Source of the DNA: Anaerolineae bacterium
GTDB lineage: Bacteria; Chloroflexota; Anaerolineae; Epilineales; Epilineaceae
Direction: 5' to 3'
DNA length: 46,498 bases
Assembly: GCA_029262755.1 (NCBI GenBank)
Contig: JAJCYU010000105.1
Coordinates: 1 to 46,498, forward strand
The translations under genes and the position numbers were made by a program. This document shows, one piece after another, positions 36,267 through 44,372 of this stretch; within the stretch, counting starts at the first letter, position 1, and every line of letters begins with the position of its first letter. The notes beneath the pieces were generated by a model. The model did no database searches. It was not told the DNA's origin and worked only from the letters and a program-made list of their open reading frames with translations.

Positions 36267-36978
36267 GGCCAAAAACGATGCGGCATTGATCCGCGGCCTG
36301 CTCGATGCGCCCGCCTTGCAAGGGAAGTGGACGGAGGTCGCGGTGCCGCCGGGCGAGTTGCTCTTCGCCCAAGGTGATCCCGGCGACGCGTTCTATGCAG
36401 TGCTCGACGGCGAGCTCGACATCTTTGCCGGCGACGACCTGTTGCTGGAGCGCATCGGCCCCGGCGCGTCGCTCGGCGAGATCGCCCTGCTCGACGGCGG
36501 CGTGCGCGCAGCGAGCGTGCGGGCCCTCACGCCCGCTCGGCTGAAGCGTCTGGACCGCGAGGCCTTTCTCGAGACCCTACCCGACTCGCCCGAGCTGAGC
36601 GGCACGGTGATCTCGATTCTCGAAACCCGCATCCGCCGCATGACCCACTATGTCGACTACCTGACCACCTGGGCCGGTCTCGTGGCCGAAGGGGACTACG
36701 ACTCCGCGCGCGAGGCTATCGTCGCGCAGAGCTCCGACACCGCGGACGCCAACCTCGGCCGCTTCGTGAGCACCTTCACGAACATGGTCTCCGCGGTGCA
36801 GGCGCGCGAAGCCGAACTGCGCAAAGAGCTGCGCCGCCTGCGGATCCAGATCGACCGCAGGGAACAGGCGGTCCAAGTGGCCGAGATCACCGGCGACGAC
36901 TACTTCAAGGACCTGAAATCCCGCTCCCAAGGGCTGCGCTCGCGCATCAAGGACGGCGGGTCAGGCTCCAAAGGCTGA
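36259..36978 (+). CDS. Cyclic-nucleotide-binding domain protein with coiled-coil C-terminus (no Crp HTH)
   Basis: LFAQGDPGDAFYAVLDGEL, GEIALLDGGVRAASVRA. Tail MVSAVQAREAEL..LRIQIDR..QVAEITGDDYFKDL. Confidence 0.88.
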   Translation: MAEAKNDAALIRGLLDAPALQGKWTEVAVPPGELLFAQGDPGDAFYAVLDGELDIFAGDDLLLERIGPGASLGEIALLDGGVRAASVRALTPARLKRLDREAFLETLPDSPELSGTVISILETRIRRMTHYVDYLTTWAGLVAEGDYDSAREAIVAQSSDTADANLGRFVSTFTNMVSAVQAREAELRKELRRLRIQIDRREQAVQVAEITGDDYFKDLKSRSQGLRSRIKDGGSGSKG

Positions 36979-37047
36979 CGCGGATTCGTTGCCTCCCCGA
37001 AATCGTCGTGATAAGGTGCCGCACTCTACATCTGACGAGGTTGCGCT

Positions 37048-37635
37048 ATGCCGACGGCTGATTCCCCACAGCCAAGCGATGCGGAGCTCGTCGCCTCGAT
37101 TCTCGACGGCGAGCGCAACGCCTATGCCCTTTTGCTGGAACGCTACCAGCACAAGGTCTATCGGATTGTGCTGCGCATGTGCGGCAACCCCTACGATGCC
37201 GAGGAGCTGACCCAGGAGGTCTTCTACAAGACCTACTTCGCCCTGGCCACCTTCCGCCCCGAGTTCCGCTTCTCGAGCTGGCTGTACAAGATCGCCTCGA
37301 ACCACACGGTCAGCTTCCTGCGCACGCGCCACCGCACGGTATCCCTGGAGCGCGGCGCGGACGCCGACCCGGACGCCCCGGCGCCCGAGCCCGAAGATAC
37401 GAGCCCGCGCCAACGCCCGGAACCCTCGCTGGAACGCGAAGACCGCAGCGAAGCGCTATGGAGCGCCGTGGCCTCCCTCCCGACCGACTTCCGCGACATC
37501 GTCTTCATGCGCCACGTCGAGGAGCTCTCCTACAAGGAGATCTGCGAAGCGACGGGCCTGAGCATGGGCACGGTCAAGAGCCGCCTCGCACGAGCCCGCA
37601 GCAAGCTCGAGCACAAGCTGGCGGGGTCGCGGTAG
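37048..37635 (+). CDS. ECF RNA polymerase sigma factor (SigW/RpoE-like)
   Basis: DAEELTQEVF, FSSWLYKIASN, LSYKEIC..TGLSMGTVKSRLARAR. Confidence 0.93.
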   Translation: MPTADSPQPSDAELVASILDGERNAYALLLERYQHKVYRIVLRMCGNPYDAEELTQEVFYKTYFALATFRPEFRFSSWLYKIASNHTVSFLRTRHRTVSLERGADADPDAPAPEPEDTSPRQRPEPSLEREDRSEALWSAVASLPTDFRDIVFMRHVEELSYKEICEATGLSMGTVKSRLARARSKLEHKLAGSR

Positions 37636-37822
37636 GGGGGAGGGGCGGGGCAGCAGGGGAAGGTGGGGCGGCGGGTTCACGGTGCAGATCCGCCACGGCT
37701 TCGCTTTGGAGCCGTAGTTCCGCGGTCGGGCTATCGAGGACCGGCGCGTCCGATCGCCTCCCCGCATCGCGCTCCGCCCAAACTGCACGCCGGCATGCCC
37801 GATGGCGACGACCGGTCTACCG

Positions 37823-38968
37823 TCAGTCCACCGCACCACCGCGCCCCGCCGCACCACCGCGCCGTCCCCACCCGCGCAGCCAGGCCTGCACGCGCTCGTA
37901 GCCCGCGAAGCCGCGCTCGTCGCGCCGAAACGCAGCCGTGTGCGCGAGCCGCCGGGTGCCGCTGTGGCGCAGCCCATGCACGGCGTGGAGGAGCTCGTGA
38001 TAGACGACGAAATCGACGATCTCCGCCGGCACTTCGGCCGCGTCGAGCGCGCGGCTGATCACGATCTCGCGACGCGTGAAGTCGTAGTAGCCCAACTTTC
38101 TGCGGCTGGTGCGCTTGCTCCAGCGTAGCCGGGTCTCGGGCGGCGCTCCGCCGAAGTAGCGCTCGGCGACCCGGGCGCGGGCCGCGGCGAGATCGTGATG
38201 CGCACCGCGGGTTAGACGCGCCGCGTGCGCGTTGGCGACGTTCGCGCCATCGTCGTTCGCGCCGGAAGCGCCCGCGGTCGCGCCGTCCATGCCCTCGCTA
38301 CCAACGCCGTCCGTCATGGTGGGCGCCCACAACACCGCTTCCAGCTCCAAGAGCACCGCACGAAACGCGTCGCCGCGCGCCCAGTCGCGGATCGCGGTGC
38401 GCGGCGCGCCGGTCGCGCCGTTCGCGACGGCGATGACCTCGGCCAACACGTCGGGCGGTGCGTCGACGAAGCCCTGGTTGATCGTGATCGCCAACGTGTC
38501 GCCGTCCACGCGCCGCCCGCGCACCAGGGCGGATGTATCGAAGAATACGACGGCCATGTGCGACGCGGGGGCGGAGTCCGCTCGCTTCCCTCGACGCTTG
38601 TTCCGCAGCGCGCGCCGGGACCGCGCGCGCCTGAGGCGCGCGCTCGCACGTCCCGTGCGACCCGCGCTCGATCGCTCGACAACGTCCGCGGCCACGAGGT
38701 CCGCGCGGCGCAGCGCGGCGACGTGCCGCTCCACGTTGCCGGGCGCGTCCAGCCAACGTAGCCAGCCGGCCGCGCGGCGCGCGCGATCGCCGAAGCTGTC
38801 CGCCGAGACGCCGGGGCGGGCGAGGGCGCGATCGATTCGCGCGACCTGCACGGCGAGCAGCTCGTCGAGCGCTGCCGCGTCGCGGCCGTCCGCACGCGCG
38901 CGCAGCAACTCCTGCGCCCGGTCCGTGGCGGTCACGATGCCGGGGAGGGACAGGCGTTGGAGCGTCAT
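37823..38968 (-). CDS. Protein with C-terminal SprT/YgjP-like zinc metallopeptidase domain
   Basis: LRWSKR..RKLGYYD...IVISRALD...FVVYHELLH...HTAAFR. Start inferred at ATG 38968. Confidence 0.75.
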   Translation of the reverse strand: MTLQRLSLPGIVTATDRAQELLRARADGRDAAALDELLAVQVARIDRALARPGVSADSFGDRARRAAGWLRWLDAPGNVERHVAALRRADLVAADVVERSSAGRTGRASARLRRARSRRALRNKRRGKRADSAPASHMAVVFFDTSALVRGRRVDGDTLAITINQGFVDAPPDVLAEVIAVANGATGAPRTAIRDWARGDAFRAVLLELEAVLWAPTMTDGVGSEGMDGATAGASGANDDGANVANAHAARLTRGAHHDLAAARARVAERYFGGAPPETRLRWSKRTSRRKLGYYDFTRREIVISRALDAAEVPAEIVDFVVYHELLHAVHGLRHSGTRRLAHTAAFRRDERGFAGYERVQAWLRGWGRRGGAAGRGGAVD

Positions 38969-39065
38969 GGGCGGCGGGCACTCGTTGCGCACAACGCCCG
39001 CCGTGCCTTCACCGTAACATCCGTCCACCCTACCTGGGACATTCGACAGTCCCCGCCTCTCGACC

Positions 39066-40253
39066 TCACAGCGCGCGCGCCAACACGTCCGCGAGGTCGC
39101 CGTTGCCCGCCACGTCGATGCCGCCCAGGCCGAGGAACTCCGCCATCGTGCGCAGCTCGCCGGCCATGGCGCGGGCGGCGCGATCGCGGTCGACGCCCGG
39201 CTCAACCCAGGCCGCCGGGACGCGCAGCACGCCCGCCTTGCGGTCGGCCTTGAGGTCGACCCTTCCGGCGAGGTGACCGTCCATGAGCATCGGCAGCACG
39301 TAGTAGCCGTATTGGCGCTTGGGGCGCGGCACGTAGATCTCAATGCGATAGTGGAAGCCGAAGACACGCTCAATGCGGTCGCGGCACCATACGAGCGAGT
39401 CGAAGGGCGAGAGGAGGGCGACGGCGTCCACGGCGCGCGGGACCGGTGCCTCCGGATGCCGGGAGGCGATCTCCTTCCAGCCCCGCACCTGGACGCGAGC
39501 GAGCTCTCCTTCGTCCGCGAGCTCCTCGAGCAGAGGCTGCGCACTTCGGAAGCCGATCCGATAGTAGTCGGCCAGGTCGCGTGCCGTGCCGATGCCGTGA
39601 TAGCGCGCCGAGCGCAGCAGGAGCTCGCGCTTGGCATCGTCCGGCTCCGGCGTCGGGGCGGCCAACACGTCGGCCGGCAGGGCGCGTGAAGGCAGGTCGT
39701 AGAGCCGGTGGAAGTTGGCGTCGCGAATCGCGGTGATCCGGCCCGTCGCGAACAGCCACTCCAGGGCGATCTTGCCCTTGCCCCAACCCCACCAATTGCC
39801 GGCGCGCGAGCCGGGGTCGTTCAGATCGCCGACCCGCAGCGGTCCATGCTCCGTGATCTCGTCGAGCACCTCATCGATGAAACCGGGATGCTCGCGCAGC
39901 ATGCTCTCGACGCGCTCCCATGGTCGCATGCCCTCCATCCGCCAGCGCAAGAGCGGTTGGACCTCCACCGGGAGCAGCGAGGCCGCGTGGCCCCAATACT
40001 CGAAGAGTTCATGCCCCTGGTGAGCCCACCGATCGAGCTTGGCCGCGTCGTAGGCGCCGAGGCGCGCGAGGAAGGGCAGATAGTGCGTCCGCGCGACCAC
40101 GTTGACGGAATCGAGCTGGATGATGCCGACCCGCCCCAACACGCGCCGGTAATGCCGCGCGTCCACGCGTCCGGTCGGTCGCGGATCGGCGAAGCCTTGG
40201 GCGCCCAACGCAATCCGGCGCGCAACGTCGGGCGACATGGTGGGAACAGGCAC
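39066..40253 (-). CDS. ycaQ: YcaQ/AlkZ-family (HTH_42) DNA crosslink-repair glycosylase
   Basis: IQLDSVNVVARTH, FEYWGHAAS, LLSPFDSLVW.R.R, YRIEIYVP..KRQYGYY. Confidence 0.9.
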   Translation of the reverse strand: MPVPTMSPDVARRIALGAQGFADPRPTGRVDARHYRRVLGRVGIIQLDSVNVVARTHYLPFLARLGAYDAAKLDRWAHQGHELFEYWGHAASLLPVEVQPLLRWRMEGMRPWERVESMLREHPGFIDEVLDEITEHGPLRVGDLNDPGSRAGNWWGWGKGKIALEWLFATGRITAIRDANFHRLYDLPSRALPADVLAAPTPEPDDAKRELLLRSARYHGIGTARDLADYYRIGFRSAQPLLEELADEGELARVQVRGWKEIASRHPEAPVPRAVDAVALLSPFDSLVWCRDRIERVFGFHYRIEIYVPRPKRQYGYYVLPMLMDGHLAGRVDLKADRKAGVLRVPAAWVEPGVDRDRAARAMAGELRTMAEFLGLGGIDVAGNGDLADVLARAL

Positions 40254-40420
40254 GAGCGGCTCCAGAGGCGGTGGCTAGGAGGCGGGTAGGCAGAAGAGAC
40301 AGTCGAGGCGGTTGTGGCGGGCTTGGGGGGGAGGCGCAACGGCATCACGTTGCATCGGCCTACTATGATACGGAAGCCGCCCGCAATCCGCTCCCCCGAA
40401 TCTCTCGGAAGGATCTGCCC

Positions 40421-40735
40421 ATGATCAGCCACATCGTTCACTTCAAGATGACCGACCGCAGCGCGGAGAGCATCGCCGAGGCGGCCGAACTGCTGCGCTC
40501 GATGGCGGGCCGCATCCCGAGCTTGCGCGGCCTGGAAGTCGGTCTTCCACGCGCCGAGGACGACCGGAGTTTTGACATCGCCCTCGTCACGCGCTTCGAC
40601 GATTGGGCGGGCTTGGATGCCTACCGTGTTCATCCCTACCACAAGGATCCCGTGCTCAAGCACATGCACGCCCACGCCGCGGAAGCGACCTTCGTCGACT
40701 TCGAAGGCGGCGAGGTCACGCTCGCGAAGGCATGA
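40421..40735 (+). CDS. Dabb family (stress-responsive A/B barrel) protein
   Basis: MISHIVHFK...GRIP...FDIALVTRF...LDAYRVHPYH...VDF. Confidence 0.9.
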   Translation: MISHIVHFKMTDRSAESIAEAAELLRSMAGRIPSLRGLEVGLPRAEDDRSFDIALVTRFDDWAGLDAYRVHPYHKDPVLKHMHAHAAEATFVDFEGGEVTLAKA

Positions 40736-42018
40736 GCATCGGCGAGCGCGAATCGACGCGGCCGCCCGACCCCGTCCCCGACCTTCTTGTCCCGCTCCAG
40801 CCGGGCGATCTGACCCCCACGTGGCTCACCGCCGCGCTACGCGACGACCCCACGCTCGGCGGCCTCCCGATCGACGCCGTCACGGTCGATGCGCTTGCCG
40901 AGAGCGGTGTGTCGCGCGTGTACCGGCTCCATATCCGCTGGGCGGGTGATGGCGCGGCGGGGTTGGCGCGTGCGGGGCACGGCGTACCCTCCACGCCTCC
41001 AAGCCCGCCCGCCACGTTGATCGCTAAGCTGCCCGCGGCGACGGCGGAGGGTCGCGCGGGGCCACACGCACGGCGGATGACCCGGCGCGAGCAGCGCTTC
41101 TACGATACGCTGGCGCCCCAAACAGAGATCGGGGTGCCGTCCCACTACACTTTGCTTGGCAACGACGAGGCCGGGCGCGCGCTGCTGCTCGAGGACGTGG
41201 CGACGCGCGGCTTCCGCACGGCGGACGCGGTCGTCGGGCTGAAGCCCGGAGAAGCGGGCGCGGTTGTCGAATCCATCGCGCGACTCCATGCGCGCTGGTG
41301 GCAGGGGCCGCGCCTCGACGCGCTGGCCGATTGCGGTTGGCTCTACGACTACGCCTCGCGCGGCCTGGACATCGACATTCCGGACGACATCGATGACCAC
41401 TGGGCCACGTTGCTCGCCACCGGCGTCGTGCCCGCCGGCGCACGCGCCGCCGGCGATCGGATGGCCGCCGATCTCCCCGCCCTGACGGAGCGTTTCCTCG
41501 CGTTGCCGACCACGGTCATCCACGGCGATCTGCATCTGGAGAACGTGTGCTTACGCGTTCCGCACGCGGCTGTGGATCCGAGGTCGCCCCCGGTCGTCGC
41601 TGCCCCACTGGGGGGCGCCACACAGAGGGACGCCGCACAGAGGGACGCCGCACAGAGCGCCAATCCCCCGAGCGCCGCGAACGTCATCGTGATCGACTGG
41701 CAGCACACGGCTCGCGGCCCGGCGGCCTATGACCTTGCAAAGATCCTACTCACCGGTGTTGAGGCGAGGGACTTGTCGCGCCGCGGCGATCGCATACTCG
41801 CTCGCTACCGGGCGGCCCTCACTGCGAGCGGCGTGGACTATCCGGCCGCGGCGCTCGGGCGTGATCTCCGCCTTGCCGCCCTTATCCTGACCGCGACCGA
41901 CATCGGAGACGGTGGAGCGAGCGTGGCTGCGAAGCGCGACGGCCGAGTGAGCCCGTGGACGCGACGGCTGCTTGCCAACCTTGCGCACCTCGATTTCGAG
42001 TCCCGCGCAAGGGATTGA
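40732..42018 (+). CDS. Aminoglycoside/choline-kinase-like phosphotransferase (EcKL/DUF1679-like)
   Basis: LIAKL, REQRFY, LLLEDV, HARWW, HGDLHLEN, VIDWQ, AYDL. ATGA overlap with Dabb. Confidence 0.85.
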   Translation: MSIGERESTRPPDPVPDLLVPLQPGDLTPTWLTAALRDDPTLGGLPIDAVTVDALAESGVSRVYRLHIRWAGDGAAGLARAGHGVPSTPPSPPATLIAKLPAATAEGRAGPHARRMTRREQRFYDTLAPQTEIGVPSHYTLLGNDEAGRALLLEDVATRGFRTADAVVGLKPGEAGAVVESIARLHARWWQGPRLDALADCGWLYDYASRGLDIDIPDDIDDHWATLLATGVVPAGARAAGDRMAADLPALTERFLALPTTVIHGDLHLENVCLRVPHAAVDPRSPPVVAAPLGGATQRDAAQRDAAQSANPPSAANVIVIDWQHTARGPAAYDLAKILLTGVEARDLSRRGDRILARYRAALTASGVDYPAAALGRDLRLAALILTATDIGDGGASVAAKRDGRVSPWTRRLLANLAHLDFESRARD

Positions 42019-42374
42019 GACGCGGCGCACAAAACCCGACGTAGGAAGGCGATTCCACTCGAACCCTCCTCCGCTCACGTGCCCGCGCTGCCCATCGTCT
42101 ACCCCACGCCCACCCTACGCTTCCCGTGCGCCGCGTATCTACCGGCCCGAACGCGCGTCTTTGCGGCTGTACGTTGGACGAATTTGGTTGGCTTGGTTGG
42201 CTTGGTTGTTGATGGGCTTGGCTTCGACGGATTTGGCTGTAGCGGCCTTGATAGGATGAGAAGGACTCATGGGCTGCAAAGGACCTTCTTGGTTTGCTTG
42301 GATACGGTTGTTGGATTGGACCCTGATCGGGCAGCACCCCTGAGGGACAGGACACTCGAGATTCGGAGGACATC

Positions 42375-42776
42375 ATGCGTGGGTCATTGGGATTGTTGAT
42401 CGTCACCTGCTTTGCCTTGGGCTTCGTTGCTTTGACCGCCGTGCCGCGCCTGGAAGCAGCGGGACGTGCCCCGGCCAAGCCGCAGCCGCAGGGTGGCGCC
42501 ACCGCCACATGGGCCGTCTACGACAGCGACGGCAACTACTCCGGCTTCACCACGACCGGCACGAGCGACGGGCAGTGGCGCTGGACCTACTACGAGGACG
42601 GCGAGCCGCCCACGCGCGCCGGCAGCGGCACCGCCCATGACCAGGGCAACGGCTCCTTCACGTGGCAGAGCGATAGCGGCGAGTCCGGCACGGTCACCGT
42701 GTCCTCGGACGGCCAGTCGGGCTCGTGGACCAACGCCAACGGCACTTCGGGCACGATCACCTACCTCGGTCCATGA
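42375..42776 (+). CDS. Small secreted Gly/Ser/Thr-rich beta-structure protein
   Basis: GGAGG RBS and signal peptide. Repeated SG.W/T.W.....G.SGT units; strong GC3 bias. Confidence 0.8.
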   Translation: MRGSLGLLIVTCFALGFVALTAVPRLEAAGRAPAKPQPQGGATATWAVYDSDGNYSGFTTTGTSDGQWRWTYYEDGEPPTRAGSGTAHDQGNGSFTWQSDSGESGTVTVSSDGQSGSWTNANGTSGTITYLGP

Positions 42777-42978
42777 ACAGGCTGCGCCGCTTAAGATAAT
42801 GAACAGGCTGCGCCGCTTAACATATCGTGACTGCCGCGGGGGTTGTGTAGTTCGGACCATGAACAGGCTGCGCCGCTTAAGATATCGTGACTGCCGCGGG
42901 GGTCGTGTGGTTCGGTCCATGAACAGGCTGCGCCGCCTATGATGTCGTGACTGCCGCGGGGGTTGTGTAGTTCGGTCT
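42766..42978. repeat. 60-bp tandem repeat (3 copies plus one 26-bp partial)
   Basis: ATGAACAGGCTGCGCCGC at 42773, 42799, 42859 and 42919. The unit continues TTAAGATATCGTGACTGCCGCGGGGGTTGTGTAGTTCGGTCC. Confidence 0.95.
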
Positions 42979-43082
42979 GCGGGCAGGCCGGCGCCGATTT
43001 ACAGCAATCTGGGCAAGAACAGGCTACGTCGCCTAACTACGACACAGGCAAGTACGCGCCCTGTTCGGTTCCGACCGCGTCC

Positions 43083-44372
43083 CTACGTAACCGCCGCGCG
43101 CGCCTTGAACTCCGGTTGGTCCCACGCCCGCGTATCCAAGATATCGCGCAGCACGTCGACCGCGTCCGAGATGTCCGTGTAGCGCAGGTAGAGCGGGGCG
43201 AAGCCGAAGCGCAGGATGTCGGGCTGGCGGAAGTCGCCGATGACGCCGCGCGCGATGAGCGCCTGCATGATCGGGAAGCCCTCGGGGTGCGCGAAGCAGA
43301 CCTGGCTGCCGCGCAGTGCGGGTTCGCGCGGGGAGACCAGGCGCAGGCCGTGACCGGCGCAATCGGCTTCCACGCGGGCGATGAACAGCTCGCACAGGGC
43401 CACGCTCTTGGCTCGCAGCGCGCGTAGGTCGACGTCTTCCCACAGCGTGAGCGCCGCCTCGAGCGCGGCGAAGGCCAGCACGGGCGGCGTACCGCATTGG
43501 AAGCGCGCCATCCCGGGGGCGGGCCGGTATTCGGACCCGAAGGCGAAGGGCTCCGCGTGGCCGAGCCAGCCGGTGAGGGGCTGCTCGATGTCCTGCTGGT
43601 GGGCGCGCCGCACGTATACGAAAGCCGGTGCGCCGGGTCCGCCGTTGAGATACTTGTAGCCGCAGCCGACCGCGAGGTCGGCGTTGCAGCCGGCCAGATC
43701 CAGCGGCACCGCACCGACGCTGTGCGCGAGGTCCCACAGCGTGATCGCTCCCGCGTCGTGGGCCGCAGCGGTGAGCGCAGCCATGTCGTGCATTCGGCCC
43801 GTTTGGTAGTTGACGTGGGTGAGCATGAGCACGGCGACATCGTCGTTGAGTGCATCCGTGAGCTCTTCAGCGTCCACGGTGCGCAGCTCGTAGCCGTCAC
43901 CGAGCAAGTGCGTGATGCCCTGGGCCATGTAGAGGTCGGAGGGGAAGTTGCTGGCCTCGGAGAGGATCACCCGGCGCTCCGGCCGGAGACGCAGTCCGCC
44001 GACCAGGAGCTTGAAAAGGTTGACGGACGTGCTGTCCGCTGCAAGGACCTCGTCCGGCGCAGCCCCGATCAGCGGCGCGAGCTGCGCCCCGACCCGCGCC
44101 GGGTACTCGATCCAACCCGCCGCGTTCCAGCTGCGGATCAGGCCGTCACCCCACTCATCGCGCACCACCGCCGCGAGGCGCTCCGGCACGGCGTGCGGGA
44201 CCGGGCCGAGCGAGTTGCCGTCCAGGTAGATCACGCCGTCCGGCAGGTGGAACAACGCCCGTTGATCGCTCAGCGGATCCGCGGCATCCAGCGCGGCGCA
44301 TGCGGCCCGGTCCGCGACCGTGACCGGCGCGCCCGAACCATCTGCGCCGGTCACGGCCTCTTCGGGGCTCAC
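43083..44372 (-). CDS. kynU: Kynureninase
   Basis: IYLDGNSLG, DSTSVNLFK, NFPSDLY, WDLAHSVGA, GCGYKYLNGGPG, RGSQV, GVIGDFR.P..LRFGFAPLY. Confidence 0.95.
   Translation of the reverse strand: MSPEEAVTGADGSGAPVTVADRAACAALDAADPLSDQRALFHLPDGVIYLDGNSLGPVPHAVPERLAAVVRDEWGDGLIRSWNAAGWIEYPARVGAQLAPLIGAAPDEVLAADSTSVNLFKLLVGGLRLRPERRVILSEASNFPSDLYMAQGITHLLGDGYELRTVDAEELTDALNDDVAVLMLTHVNYQTGRMHDMAALTAAAHDAGAITLWDLAHSVGAVPLDLAGCNADLAVGCGYKYLNGGPGAPAFVYVRRAHQQDIEQPLTGWLGHAEPFAFGSEYRPAPGMARFQCGTPPVLAFAALEAALTLWEDVDLRALRAKSVALCELFIARVEADCAGHGLRLVSPREPALRGSQVCFAHPEGFPIMQALIARGVIGDFRQPDILRFGFAPLYLRYTDISDAVDVLRDILDTRAWDQPEFKARAAVT

Noticed and set aside
36979-37047. Autoregulatory GGAAC-N17-GTA promoter for the ECF sigma
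   Set aside because: The motif is not present upstream of the sigma gene or of the prsW-like gene, so the sigma-regulon link remains unproven.
38969-39637. N-terminal extension of ORF 37823..39637
   Set aside because: It overlaps ycaQ in another frame and has low-complexity Arg/Ser sequence.
42766-42978. CRISPR array
   Set aside because: The sequences between repeats are near-identical rather than unique spacers, and there are no cas genes in the window.
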